The notes below the pieces were generated by a model. It did not search any database, was not told the DNA's origin, and was given only the letters and a program-made list of their open reading frames with translations. A stretch of DNA of 64,000 nt from Opitutales bacterium (GTDB lineage Bacteria; Verrucomicrobiota; Verrucomicrobiia; Opitutales; UBA953): assembly GCA_040398005.1 (NCBI GenBank), contig JBBAUX010000004.1:66926-130925 (forward strand), in the 5' to 3' direction. Shown here piece by piece: positions 28,916 to 40,180 of this stretch. Position 1 is the stretch's first letter, and each line of letters starts with the position of its first letter. A program made the translations under genes and the position numbers.

Positions 28916-30175
28916 ATGCAAGCCCCTAGCCCTGCAACGCCCCGTACTCTTTGGCAGGACCTCTTACAGCCGGTTGTCGTGGTTGGTGCGCTGGGTTACT
29001 TTGTCGATATTTACGATCTCACGCTTTGCATGGCGGTCAAGAATGCCAGCTTGGATACTTTTCATATTAAAGGTGAAATTGTGTGGTACGCCGACCCCAT
29101 GAATTGGCAGATGTTGGGTATGTTAATCGGTGGATTATTTTTTGGAATCCTCGCTGACCGCATGGGTCGCCTCGCGACGTTGTTCGGTTCCATCTTACTT
29201 TATTCACTCGCGAATATTGCCAATGGCTTCGCTACGAACATTGAAATTTATTCGGCGTGTCGTTTTTTTGCGGGAATTGGCTTAGCGGGCGAACTAGGTG
29301 GCTGCATCGCTCTAGTTTCTGAAGTGCTTTCTAAGGAGCGACGGGGGTATGGGACAGCACTCATTGCCGCCGTCGGTGTTTCGGGTGCAGTGGTGGCCGG
29401 AGTCGTTGCTGAATTAGTTCCATGGCAGACCAACTATTTTATCGGAGGCGGCTTGGGACTCTGTCTTTTATTTACACGAATGTCGGTCGCGGAATCGGGC
29501 ATGTTTCACCGGTCGAAGAGTGCTGATGGTCCAGGCGTCGTGGCGCGCGGTAATTTCTTTGCGTTATTTACTAATAAGATACGTTTCGAGCGTTACATTC
29601 GCTGTATTGCGATTGGATTACCCACTTGGTATATGATTGGAATTCTGGTTCAGAAATCGGAAAGGGTGTTCGCTCCCCAATTTGAGATTAAGGATGTACT
29701 CACCAATCGTGCGGTCGCCTTATTTTATTTGGGTTTAACGTTTGGCGATTTAGCCAGTGGCTTAGCCAGTCAGTGGCTCGGTTCGCGCAAGAAAATCGTC
29801 ACGAGCTTCTTAATCTTTAGCGCCGGCTGTGTCGTGACGTTCCTTTACTTTTCACGTGGTTGGACGGCTACGCAGTTTTACACCTTGGTCTTCATTATGG
29901 GTTTAAGCATGGGGTACTGGGCTATTTTCATCACCATCGCGGCGGAACAGTTTGGCACTAATTTGCGTGCGACCGTGGCAACCACAGTGCCGAATTTTGT
30001 TCGTGGCTCGCTCGTGATCATGTCATTCACTTTCGGCACGCTCACCTCGTATCAAGTTTCCAGCCAATTAGCTGCTGCGCTCTTGGGGGTATTTTGCTTC
30101 GGTCTCGCCTTCTTAGCGGTGAATGGAATGGAAGAGACTTACGGAAAAGATTTAGATTATCAGGAACGAGACTAA
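28916..30175 (+). CDS. MFS transporter
   Basis: GYFVDIYD, GILADRMGR motif A, AEQFGTNLRAT, about 12 hydrophobic segments. Confidence 0.9.
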   Translation: MQAPSPATPRTLWQDLLQPVVVVGALGYFVDIYDLTLCMAVKNASLDTFHIKGEIVWYADPMNWQMLGMLIGGLFFGILADRMGRLATLFGSILLYSLANIANGFATNIEIYSACRFFAGIGLAGELGGCIALVSEVLSKERRGYGTALIAAVGVSGAVVAGVVAELVPWQTNYFIGGGLGLCLLFTRMSVAESGMFHRSKSADGPGVVARGNFFALFTNKIRFERYIRCIAIGLPTWYMIGILVQKSERVFAPQFEIKDVLTNRAVALFYLGLTFGDLASGLASQWLGSRKKIVTSFLIFSAGCVVTFLYFSRGWTATQFYTLVFIMGLSMGYWAIFITIAAEQFGTNLRATVATTVPNFVRGSLVIMSFTFGTLTSYQVSSQLAAALLGVFCFGLAFLAVNGMEETYGKDLDYQERD

Positions 30176-30177
30176 AA

Positions 30178-31227
30178 TTATTTAGTAGTTTCTGCTTTAT
30201 CTTTCACACATCTAAAGCCTACGTGATTCGTTGAGCTGATCGAATCAATGCCCGATCGAGAAGCTGGTCGGTAGCGGAAGCAGTATCCATCGTCGCAGAG
30301 CCAGGAACCACCCCGCATGACGCGTTCCGTAAATCCTGTGCCCTTTGGGTCATAGGTTCCGGCGGCTGGCCCGAGCGGATTATCTTTAGGTGAAATATCG
30401 TAAAACTTTGGACTGTACCAATCTTCACACAGTTCCCAGGCATTGCCTGACATCTCATAGAGGCCGTATCCATTGGGTGGGAAAGATTTCACCGGCGCGA
30501 TAGAGGTAAAGCCATCTTCGCCATTATCCTTTCCTGGAAATTGTCCCTGCCAGTAGTTGGCCATGAATTTTCCATCAGGTTTTTCTTCATCACCCCAGAC
30601 AAATTTTTTATTTTGTAATCCACCCCGCGCGGCAAATTCCCATTCGGCTTCGGTGGGTAATCTTTTGCCTGCCCAAGCTGCGTAAGCCTGTGCGTCTTTC
30701 CAGGTGATGCAGATCACTGGATAATTCATTTTATTTTTAATATCAGATGCCGGACCTTGCGGGTGGCGCCAAGTGGCTCCCGCTGTAAATTTCCACCACG
30801 GGGTGGGCCCTTCGGGTCCACACTGAAAAGGATTTACGCCAGGAGTTAATTGAAAAATAAGTGATCCACCTTTGAGGTCTTCGGGTTTTGCTGTCGGAAA
30901 ATCTCGGGGGCTAAAATCTTTTTCTGCATCGGTCACATGGCCGGTGGCTTCGACGAATTGGGAAAACTGTGCGTTGGTAACTTCCGTTGTATCCATCCAG
31001 AAGCCTTTGAGAGTGACCACGTGGGCAGGGCTTTCTTCGGAGTGTTTTTCACCGGCGTTTAAAGTGCCCATTTCGAATTCTCCGCCCGGTATCCAAACCA
31101 TATCTCCGAGAGCGGCTTGCTTTGTCTTATTCGACCAAAGCCACAGACCTGCGAGTGAAGTTAGAAATAAAGTCATCATTATAGGGATGAGATTCTGGCT
31201 TTGTTTAATGGACTCAGGTTTTTCCAT
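30178..31227 (-). CDS. Formylglycine-generating enzyme (SUMF1/FGE-sulfatase) family protein
   Basis: RLPTEAEWEFAARGG, PNGYGLYEMSGNAWE, RGGSWLCDDGYCFRYR with both Cys, GFRC. Confidence 0.9.
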   Translation of the reverse strand: MEKPESIKQSQNLIPIMMTLFLTSLAGLWLWSNKTKQAALGDMVWIPGGEFEMGTLNAGEKHSEESPAHVVTLKGFWMDTTEVTNAQFSQFVEATGHVTDAEKDFSPRDFPTAKPEDLKGGSLIFQLTPGVNPFQCGPEGPTPWWKFTAGATWRHPQGPASDIKNKMNYPVICITWKDAQAYAAWAGKRLPTEAEWEFAARGGLQNKKFVWGDEEKPDGKFMANYWQGQFPGKDNGEDGFTSIAPVKSFPPNGYGLYEMSGNAWELCEDWYSPKFYDISPKDNPLGPAAGTYDPKGTGFTERVMRGGSWLCDDGYCFRYRPASRSGIDSISSTNHVGFRCVKDKAETTK

Positions 31228-31333
31228 GGTGGGTTATTAAGTTAATCACCGAAAAGGGGCGAGAGTTTCTTTTTAATATGAATTTTCCGATATCGTCTCG
31301 CCCCGTGAGGTTTATTGGTGCTAATTTAAGAAG

Positions 31334-31903
31334 ATGAGTTCGACCCAAGAGGAAGTCTTACAAATTTTCAGAGATTCACGTGCCTTACTTAATGGTCACT
31401 TTGTTCTTCGTTCCGGATTGCACAGCGGACATTTTTTCCAGTGTGCGCAGGTTTGTCAGTACATGGACAAGGTGACTCGCTTGATTGAACTTTTACGTCC
31501 TAAATTAAAAGACCATCCTTGTGACGTGGTCTTGGCTCCCGCGATGGGCGGACTCGTCGTCGGACAAGAACTCGCTCGTCAATTAGGAGTACGCTTTATT
31601 TTTGTCGAAAAAGAAAATGACAAGTTAGTCTTACGTCGGAATTTTTCCTTCAAAAAAGGGGAGAGGGTCTTAATCGCCGAGGACGTGGTTACGCGGGGTG
31701 GACGCGTCCAAGAGTGTTTAGAAATTATCCACCAACACGAAGCGATACCGGTCGCCGTCACGTGTTTGGTGGACCGATCGGGCGGACAGACTCAATTTGT
31801 TGCTCCGTTTATCTCCTTATTAGAATTAACTTTCCCGACTTATCCTGCTGACCAATTGCCACCTGAATTGGCCAAGATTCCAGCAATAAAGCCTGGTTCC
31901 TAA
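31334..31903 (+). CDS. pyrE: Orotate phosphoribosyltransferase
   Basis: GHFVLRSGLHS, VLIAEDVVTRGG PRPP-binding motif, VDRSGG, KPGS. Confidence 0.93.
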   Translation: MSSTQEEVLQIFRDSRALLNGHFVLRSGLHSGHFFQCAQVCQYMDKVTRLIELLRPKLKDHPCDVVLAPAMGGLVVGQELARQLGVRFIFVEKENDKLVLRRNFSFKKGERVLIAEDVVTRGGRVQECLEIIHQHEAIPVAVTCLVDRSGGQTQFVAPFISLLELTFPTYPADQLPPELAKIPAIKPGS

Positions 31904-32004
31904 AAATCTCCGCAGAAAGGGGGTAAATGGAGGAAAATTTAGCTTTTTCTGCCTTGTGCCTTGCACCCGTGGGTTCCGTTCCCTAGCCAAAGGGGTATAT
32001 TTCT

Positions 32005-33738
32005 ATGGACCGTAAAAACTTATTTCTAGGTGTCGGATGTATTGCTGCAGCGATGTTTATTTTCGCTGTTTCGAAACCTAATACCCCCGCTCCCGCTTCA
32101 GCGCCAGCTAAGCAAGTTGCCTTGACTGCCGCTGCTGTCTCCGCTCCCGCTCTTTCGAGTATCAGCTCTTCCGCACAATCAATCGCTGATGCGCAGAAGA
32201 CGGTCATTGATAACGGATATTTGAAGGTCACCTTTACTTCACGGGGTGGTGCGATTGAAAAAGCAGAACTTCTGAAACAGTCCGCTGATCTTTCTAAAAA
32301 AGAAAATATTATATTTAATGCTGGTAATGAAGATTCGGCGATGACGCTGGGCGTAACGAATCGTGCGACCAATCGCGTTGAGCCTGTTTATTCTGAATTT
32401 AAATTAGTATCGAGCAGCGCTACTTCCGTAGTCTACCAAGGCAAGTTGGAGGATGGCACTAAGGTCACCCGTACTTATACTTTACCTGTCTCCGATAAAT
32501 CAGGCGCGGAACCTTATTCTATTCGTTTCCAAACCAAGGTAGAAGCCTCTGGTGCTGTGCCTACGCGGGTTTGGCACTCGACGGGAACTTGGCACTACAC
32601 GCAAGGGGATGCTGCTCACCAATTTATGTCGGTCTTGGCTGATAACGGTAAAGACTTAACGCATGTAGGTATTGATGTTTTTCGTGATTCCAGTGGGTTT
32701 TTCGGTCTTGGTGCTCACCGTGCGGAATCCGAACACCTAGCCTTCGTGCTTGGTCAGCCCTTTAATTGGGTTTCTTCAGGCAACCAGTTTTTCGCTTCGA
32801 TTATTCGAGTTGAACCCACTCAACGTGGTACGCGATCCGAGTTGGTTGCACGCCCTGTTAAATTCGATAACCAAGAATTAGGCATTCAAGCATTTGCTTA
32901 TTGGGAAGGCGTTCCTGCTGCTGATTTAAGTGTGACTACAGAAGGTGACTTCTTTGTCGGTCCTAAAGAGTATGCACGCTTAGCAGCCCTGCCCGACGAA
33001 CAAGCTTCTGTTTTACAGTTCTCCAAAATTCTTGGATTCATTTCTTTCGGTGCGATCTGTAAACTGCTCCTCGCTTGTTTAGGTGGCATCCACTCTTTGC
33101 TCACTTGGACCGGCGGATGGTCGTGGGGTTGGGCCATTGTCATACTCACGGTGATTATTAAACTGGTTACTTGGCCGCTGACTGCTGCTCAACAGCGCAC
33201 CGCACAAAAGATGACGCAGTTCAAGGGTCCGATGGAAGAGATTCGCGAAAAATATAAAAATGATTCCGAGAAACTAAATAAGGAAATGATGAAGCTCTAC
33301 ACCGAGCACAAAATTAATCCTTTCGCTGGCTGCTTACCGATCTTCATTCAGATTCCTGTTTTCTTTGGACTTTATACCGCATTCCAAACCACCGTGGAAT
33401 TACGCTTAGAATCTTTCCTTTGGATTCACGATCTTTCCGCCCCAGATACACTTTTCCACATCGGCAGTTTCGGCTTTAACTTACTGCCTATTCTCATGGG
33501 TGTGACCATGTGGTTATCGATGCGGATGACCCCGACTCCTTCGGCCGATAATACTCAAAAAACTATCATGTACACGATGGCCCTGTTATTCCCTGTCATC
33601 TGTTATTCCCTGCCTGCAGCTTTATCACTCTACATGACCTTACAAAATTTATTGGTTATGTTGCAGATGGGAATGAGTAAAACGCCGGATGCCATCGTCG
33701 AAGTTATCCCTCCGAAGAAAAAGAAAGTTAAAAATTAA
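32005..33738 (+). CDS. yidC: Membrane protein insertase YidC
   Basis: FVGPK, WGWAIVILT, NPFAGCLPIFIQIPVF, LWIHDLSAPD. Confidence 0.95.
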   Translation: MDRKNLFLGVGCIAAAMFIFAVSKPNTPAPASAPAKQVALTAAAVSAPALSSISSSAQSIADAQKTVIDNGYLKVTFTSRGGAIEKAELLKQSADLSKKENIIFNAGNEDSAMTLGVTNRATNRVEPVYSEFKLVSSSATSVVYQGKLEDGTKVTRTYTLPVSDKSGAEPYSIRFQTKVEASGAVPTRVWHSTGTWHYTQGDAAHQFMSVLADNGKDLTHVGIDVFRDSSGFFGLGAHRAESEHLAFVLGQPFNWVSSGNQFFASIIRVEPTQRGTRSELVARPVKFDNQELGIQAFAYWEGVPAADLSVTTEGDFFVGPKEYARLAALPDEQASVLQFSKILGFISFGAICKLLLACLGGIHSLLTWTGGWSWGWAIVILTVIIKLVTWPLTAAQQRTAQKMTQFKGPMEEIREKYKNDSEKLNKEMMKLYTEHKINPFAGCLPIFIQIPVFFGLYTAFQTTVELRLESFLWIHDLSAPDTLFHIGSFGFNLLPILMGVTMWLSMRMTPTPSADNTQKTIMYTMALLFPVICYSLPAALSLYMTLQNLLVMLQMGMSKTPDAIVEVIPPKKKKVKN

Positions 33739-33744
33739 TTTTTT

Positions 33745-34485
33745 ATGTCTGGTCATAGTAAGTGGCATACAACGAAACGGCACAAAGCCGTGATTGATGC
33801 GAAACGCGGAAAGGTTTTTTCCGTGTTGGCGAAAGAAATTACTTTAGCAGCACGCTCAGGCGGAGGTAATGCGGAAACGAATGCGCGTCTGCGTACCTTG
33901 ATGGATAAAGCACGGGCATCGAATATGCCGATGGATAATATTAAGCGTGCGGTTCAAAAGGGCACCGGGGAAATTCCCGGTGTTGTTTATGATGAAATCA
34001 GTTACGAAGGCTACGCGCCGGGTGGCGTGGGTCTGATTGTGGAAGTGACGACTGATAATAAAAATCGAGCCGCCGCAGAGGTCCGCCAGGCCTTTAATGA
34101 TAATAGTGGAAATATGGCCCAAACAGGGGCGGTTTCGCATAGTTTCCAACGCAAGGGACAATTTTTAATTGGGGCGAATCAAACCACCGAAGATAAATTG
34201 ATGGAAATCGCTTTAGAGGCGGGTGCGGATGATATTATCAACCACGGCGATCACTTTGAAGTCCTTTGCCCAGTCTCCGCCTACGATAGCATGGCGAAGA
34301 CTTTGCAGGAAAAATCCATGAAGCCCGAATCGAGTGAAATTGCCTATATTACTAATATTCCGGTGTCTGTAACGGATGCAGAAATAGCCAAGAAAGTTTT
34401 AGAGCTCATTGAGGCTTTAGAGGCGCTCGATGACGTGAAAGCGGTGCATGGGAATCACGAAATCGACCCTAAGTTTTTAGGTTAA
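33745..34485 (+). CDS. yebC: YebC/PmpR family protein
   Basis: MSGHSKW, YEGYAPGGV, TDNKNR, LDDVKAV. Confidence 0.95.
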   Translation: MSGHSKWHTTKRHKAVIDAKRGKVFSVLAKEITLAARSGGGNAETNARLRTLMDKARASNMPMDNIKRAVQKGTGEIPGVVYDEISYEGYAPGGVGLIVEVTTDNKNRAAAEVRQAFNDNSGNMAQTGAVSHSFQRKGQFLIGANQTTEDKLMEIALEAGADDIINHGDHFEVLCPVSAYDSMAKTLQEKSMKPESSEIAYITNIPVSVTDAEIAKKVLELIEALEALDDVKAVHGNHEIDPKFLG

Positions 34486-34514
34486 AAGGTTTTGGGCTTT
34501 TCTAAGACAAGCTA

Positions 34515-35018
34515 TTGCTTACGCTGACGAGCGTGGCTTCATCTTCGCATCGAGATTCATCCGGGGTACGAACCGCCGCTCGGGCGATCATCGTGCGTAA
34601 CGAAGAGTTATTAGTCGTTCGGATAAAAAGTGATGAAGGAGAATTTTTAGTTTTACCGGGCGGCGGACAAAATCATGGCGAAAACTTACAGGCGACTGTG
34701 GTGCGCGAAGTGCATGAAGAACTTGGATTGAACGTGATCGTCGAAGAACTTGCCTACGTGAGAGAGTACGTTGGGAAAAATCATTCCATGCATCGCATTC
34801 ACGGACACTTCCATCAGGTGGAGGCGGTGTTTTATTGTACGTGTGATGACTTTGCCTCGATTGGCGCGGGTAAAGAGCAGGACCGTCGGCAGGTCGGTTT
34901 CCTTTGGATACCTTTGAGTAAAATAGACCAGCACCCCATTTCGCCTCCCGGTTTGAGCAAAATTATCACACTGAAAACAGCGGGTGGGTCGGCTCGATAT
35001 TTGGGGGATGTGCATTGA
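34515..35018 (+). CDS. NUDIX hydrolase
   Basis: LPGGGQNHGENLQATVVREVHEELG Nudix box; start uncertain. Confidence 0.88.
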   Translation: MLTLTSVASSSHRDSSGVRTAARAIIVRNEELLVVRIKSDEGEFLVLPGGGQNHGENLQATVVREVHEELGLNVIVEELAYVREYVGKNHSMHRIHGHFHQVEAVFYCTCDDFASIGAGKEQDRRQVGFLWIPLSKIDQHPISPPGLSKIITLKTAGGSARYLGDVH

Positions 35019-35067
35019 AGGCTTGCCAGCGAGCGATTGCCTATCTTTGTTACCTTTTCTAAGTTTT

Positions 35068-35144
35068 GGGGGTATAGCTCAGTTGGTTAGAGCGCCTGAT
35101 TGACATTCAGGAGGTCGGCGGTTCAAGTCCGCCTACTCCCACCA
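35068..35144 (+). tRNA. tRNA-Val(GAC)
   Basis: GGGGGTA/TACTCCC acceptor stem, CCTGA-TTGACAT-TCAGG, GGTTCAAGTCC, ends ACCA. Confidence 0.96.
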
Positions 35145-35155
35145 CTTAAAGATTA

Positions 35156-35187
35156 GGGGACACGTGGGCAAGGTGACACGGTGACAA
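35156..35187 (+). repeat. Short degenerate 8-bp tandem repeat
   Basis: GGGGACAC GTGGGCAA GGTGACAC GGTGACAA. Confidence 0.55.
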
Positions 35188-35279
35188 GGGGGATGCATGA
35201 GGATGGGGGATTTTCAGTAAAATCTCTTCTTTTTCCTCGCACTAATACCCCTGTTATCCCTACCCCTATAGGTGATTAA

Positions 35280-36614
<1,335 letters not shown>

Positions 36615-36634
36615 TTATTTACTAAGTTAAAACT

Positions 36635-36670
36635 GAGACGGCTGTTTTCGAAAGGAAGCAGCCGTTTTTT
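36635..36670. terminator. Intrinsic terminator after eno
   Basis: GAGACGGCTGTTTTC-GAAAG-GAAGCAGCCGTTTTTT. Confidence 0.75.
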
Positions 36671-37649
36671 ATTCTGCAGTACCCAGCCAGCCTTCAGCGG
36701 ATCGGCGCGAGGGATGCGTTTCGCCATTCACGACGGCAAAGCCTGTTTTCCAAGGGGTGCAACCGGTGGCAATGACGGCCGCTGATAATTCACCACCTTT
36801 AGTCCACGTATCTAATGCTTTATTATAGATATGAATTTCTTTGGAGAAGCCGGGATGTTTCGCCGCTTCAATTTTTCCAGAAAGTTTTCCGTCATCACCG
36901 CCGAGTAAATAAATTTCATCTCTAATCACCGGGCAGGGTGTGGGTGCTGCGGCTAAAGCGTTGGGCATGGATTCACATTTTCTCCAAGTTTTACCGAGCG
37001 TGAAGGCGTAGCAGTCGGATAAATATTCACGGACTAGACCTTTTGGTCCGTTGTTTAAAGTGAAGCCACCGAATAAAAAGAAAGTATCTTTAATGCCGGC
37101 AGCTTGGGCGAGCATGCGACCCGAGCCACCCCACAATGGAAGTTCTTTCCATCCGCCGGTGAGATTGGCGAGATCGAGTGCGTAGGCCGCCGAGGAGGCA
37201 GCGGTGGCATCAGGTTTTTCGGTGCCGCCGGCGATGATTACTTTGCTTCCGCAGAGTGCGCCCGCGGAGTAAGCGAGCGGACGCGGCAGAAAGGGATAAG
37301 GCTTCGTAATGAGTTCTCCGTCTTCAATCGAGAGAAGATAGCAGTCGGGAAAATGTTTTTCGGAATTGGCACCACCGATAATGAGCAAACCTTCGCGAAT
37401 GGAAATGGCAGTGCCGTAACCGATGGTACGCGGCAATTTGCCGATGGCTTCCCATTTACGACTGCGTGGACCGAGTGCATAAACCGTGTCGTGCCACAGT
37501 TTGACTCCGCCTTCCCAAGCGGGCTTTTGTGGAAAATTTGCACCGCCAGCCAATAAAAGTGATTTTCCGGCCGTTCCTAAATAAGCCCCACCTACGCCTG
37601 GCGCATTGGGAGTTTCGGGTAAATGGGACCACTGCATGCGGTAAGGCAA
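36669..37649 (-). CDS. Kelch-repeat protein (NanM/cyclically permuted mutarotase-like)
   Basis: LLAGGANFP...GGVKLWHD, repeated GG..W Kelch units, NGETHP. Confidence 0.75.
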   Translation of the reverse strand: MPYRMQWSHLPETPNAPGVGGAYLGTAGKSLLLAGGANFPQKPAWEGGVKLWHDTVYALGPRSRKWEAIGKLPRTIGYGTAISIREGLLIIGGANSEKHFPDCYLLSIEDGELITKPYPFLPRPLAYSAGALCGSKVIIAGGTEKPDATAASSAAYALDLANLTGGWKELPLWGGSGRMLAQAAGIKDTFFLFGGFTLNNGPKGLVREYLSDCYAFTLGKTWRKCESMPNALAAAPTPCPVIRDEIYLLGGDDGKLSGKIEAAKHPGFSKEIHIYNKALDTWTKGGELSAAVIATGCTPWKTGFAVVNGETHPSRRSAEGWLGTAE

Positions 37650-37797
37650 AGGGTAAGCCCATGAACTGTCCAGAGATTAGGGTATAGTCGCAAAGAATAG
37701 AGGGTTTTAAATAAATCAGACAAAACAAGGTCATGTAGTGAATGAGATTTGTTTGACAGTAAGCCCTCCTTATTGCCTTCATTCAGGTCCTTCGCAC

Positions 37798-37872
<75 letters not shown>

Positions 37873-37966
37873 GCGAAGGGTTTTTTAAAAATCTAAACCC
37901 TCAAAAAAGGGGTTTAGTGCACCTTGTCCTTGACCCCATCAAAGGTTGAGTGAGGATGCATCCACT

Positions 37967-38086
37967 ATGGGTCAGCAATCCAACAAAGTTATCAAACGTC
38001 GTCGTCGCCTCGCCTACCTTGAGCGCCAAAAAGACCGCATCAAGCTGGCCCGTGCCGCTGCGAGTAAGAAGAAGTCCAAGAAGTGA
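37967..38086 (+). CDS. Uncalled 39-aa very basic protein MGQQSNKVIKRRRRLAYLERQKDRIKLARAAASKKKSKK
   Basis: ATG in a ccactATG context, ribosomal-protein-like codons, stop overlaps the next start (GTGA). Confidence 0.75.
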   Translation: MGQQSNKVIKRRRRLAYLERQKDRIKLARAAASKKKSKK

Positions 38087-38598
38087 ACTGTCGGTGTATC
38101 ACAACTTCTATCAGGGCTGTGCTTTGCGCACTGGTACTTGTGGCTTGTGACTCACCACCGCCACAATGCGTAGAAGTGCCGGGCATCGCCTATGTGCACA
38201 CCCGCCGTCGCTCCGAAGATGACGTGGCTCGCGCTTCCGAACTTTTTTCAACGAAAGAAGACCACGGACAGGATATTGTTTTCCGCACCGTGGAAAATGT
38301 CCGCGCTGGATATTATTTTTATATTAAGCTCGATGTGGATCCGCCACCCGAAGGTCGCTTGGTTTTAGAAATTGTTCGCACTGAAGAATCGGCCCCCGAA
38401 CGCTATGATTTTTCTCTTAAATTACTCCCGAAGTTTCCGTTCGGTGAGTTAGTGATTGGTCTCACCGGTAAAGACGCCGGCTTGGGTCGCTGGACTCCGA
38501 TTGCATGGCGCCTAAGCGTGTTGGATGCCCAAGGCAAAGTGCTGGCCTCGGAACATAGTTTCCTTTGGGGAACGCGGGTTGATTTACAAAGTAAGTAA
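38083..38598 (+). CDS. Putative lipoprotein
   Basis: LCALVLVAC lipobox; coupled to the upstream small ORF. Confidence 0.65.
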   Translation: MNCRCITTSIRAVLCALVLVACDSPPPQCVEVPGIAYVHTRRRSEDDVARASELFSTKEDHGQDIVFRTVENVRAGYYFYIKLDVDPPPEGRLVLEIVRTEESAPERYDFSLKLLPKFPFGELVIGLTGKDAGLGRWTPIAWRLSVLDAQGKVLASEHSFLWGTRVDLQSK

Positions 38599-38602
38599 TT
38601 CT

Positions 38603-39487
38603 ATGACCACTCTTTCGTGGACCGATTGGCGGGCGTTACCGTTGTCTCAACCGGTTGCGGAAAAAACTTTAGCGGAGCAGCTCGATGGTGGTCAGTCCTT
38701 CCGATGGGAAAAAGATGCAGGCGGAATTTGGACGGGCCCGCTCGGCAATTCTCTCGTCGGCCTACGTCATCATCAAAATCATTTGCAGTGGCGAACTTGC
38801 CCATCGGCCCCCGATCCAGAGGGTTTACTTTTAAATTATTTTGATGCCCAAGGTCAGCAAGCGGTACTCATCAATCATTTGCCTTGGCGATCGGACCCCG
38901 TGCTCGACCGCGCTCTGAAAAATTTCCCAGGTTTAAGAATTTTAAAACACGACCCCCATGAAACTTTAATCGGATTTTTATGTAGTTCGAATAAGCGCAT
39001 TTTACAGATTAGGAAAATGGTCGCCAGTTTAGCCAATCAACTGGGCGAACCGATTGCCGGTTCCTTTAATCAGCTTCCCAGTTGGTCAGTTTTAGCTCGA
39101 GCCACGGATGCGAAATTAAAAGCCTGTGCGCTGGGCTATCGGGCAAACTTTATCCGCAACACAGCCCGGGTTTTAGAATCACAACCGCAGTGGGTCGAAG
39201 AATTTCAAAAACTTTCGACGCCAGACTTAATTGAAAAATTACAAACCCTACCTGGAGTGGGACCTAAGGTAGCGGCCTGCGTGGCTTTGTTTGGATTTCA
39301 GAGACTAGAATCCTTCCCTGTAGATACGTGGATTGTGCAGGCTTTATCCTCTGCTTACGGATTGAATTATAAACGCCCGGCTGACTTCGAAACTTTTGGG
39401 CGCATTCACTTCGGCTCCGCCGCAGGGCTGGCTCAACAATACTTGTTTGCGTCCGCGCGTGCTGGTCAGCTTCTGCCGAGTGCCTAA
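38603..39487 (+). CDS. 8-oxoguanine DNA glycosylase (OGG-like, HhH-GPD)
   Basis: LDGGQSFRW, FLCSSN, LGYRA, LPGVGPKVAAC, FPVDTW, AGLAQQYLF. Confidence 0.88.
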   Translation: MTTLSWTDWRALPLSQPVAEKTLAEQLDGGQSFRWEKDAGGIWTGPLGNSLVGLRHHQNHLQWRTCPSAPDPEGLLLNYFDAQGQQAVLINHLPWRSDPVLDRALKNFPGLRILKHDPHETLIGFLCSSNKRILQIRKMVASLANQLGEPIAGSFNQLPSWSVLARATDAKLKACALGYRANFIRNTARVLESQPQWVEEFQKLSTPDLIEKLQTLPGVGPKVAACVALFGFQRLESFPVDTWIVQALSSAYGLNYKRPADFETFGRIHFGSAAGLAQQYLFASARAGQLLPSA

Positions 39488-40180
39488 TTACTTATTTCCA
39501 ATCAGCTTAATTAATGCGGTCGTAGAAATACCTTCGGGTGGACATTTTTGGATGACTCGCCCGGCCTCTAAAACTAAAATTTCTTTGCAGGATTGAGCGA
39601 GGGGCAGGTCATGCGTCGTACATAAAACCGCCGCTCCCGCCTCGGTAAATTCCTTGATGGCCAAGGCAATCAAGTGAGCACGGTCATGATCGAGGGCGGC
39701 GGTAGGTTCATCCAATAATAATATTTTTTGTAAAGGATTACCGAGCACGCTGAAGGCTAAGCTCAGATGAACAGATTTTCTCTCTCCGCCCGAAAGTTGG
39801 GATAATCGTGAATTGAGTTTTTCGTTAAGCTTGAACCGATTTATCCAGTGTTTAAATAAATCAGGATGGGTCGAGAGTTCACCAAAATCACTGACGGAAA
39901 AATCCCAGGCACAGGTGGAATTTTGTGGTAAGTAAGACAAAAATTCGGAACGGACGATGGGCGAAATATTTAAAACATTTTGTCCCTGGATACTGATTTC
40001 TCCACGGGCGTGAGGAATTAAACCCGCCAAGGATCTGAGCAGGGTGGTTTTTCCGGCGCCATTCGGACCGACAATCGCAAGACTCTGTCCGCTTAAGACC
40101 TCCAGATTAATTTCAGTTAAAATCGGAGAGCCCTGTTGCTCGACCGATAATTTACTACACTGGACGAGCGGCTTACTCAT
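39488..40180 (-). CDS. Iron-chelate/cobalamin ABC transporter ATP-binding protein
   Basis: GPNGAGKTT, YLPQ, LSGGE, LLLDEPTAALD, THDL. Confidence 0.85.
   Translation of the reverse strand: MSKPLVQCSKLSVEQQGSPILTEINLEVLSGQSLAIVGPNGAGKTTLLRSLAGLIPHARGEISIQGQNVLNISPIVRSEFLSYLPQNSTCAWDFSVSDFGELSTHPDLFKHWINRFKLNEKLNSRLSQLSGGERKSVHLSLAFSVLGNPLQKILLLDEPTAALDHDRAHLIALAIKEFTEAGAAVLCTTHDLPLAQSCKEILVLEAGRVIQKCPPEGISTTALIKLIGNK

Noticed and set aside
37950..38150. 66-aa ORF MRMHPLW...
   Set aside because: The alternative frame 37967-38086 has better codon usage, start context and coupling to the next gene.
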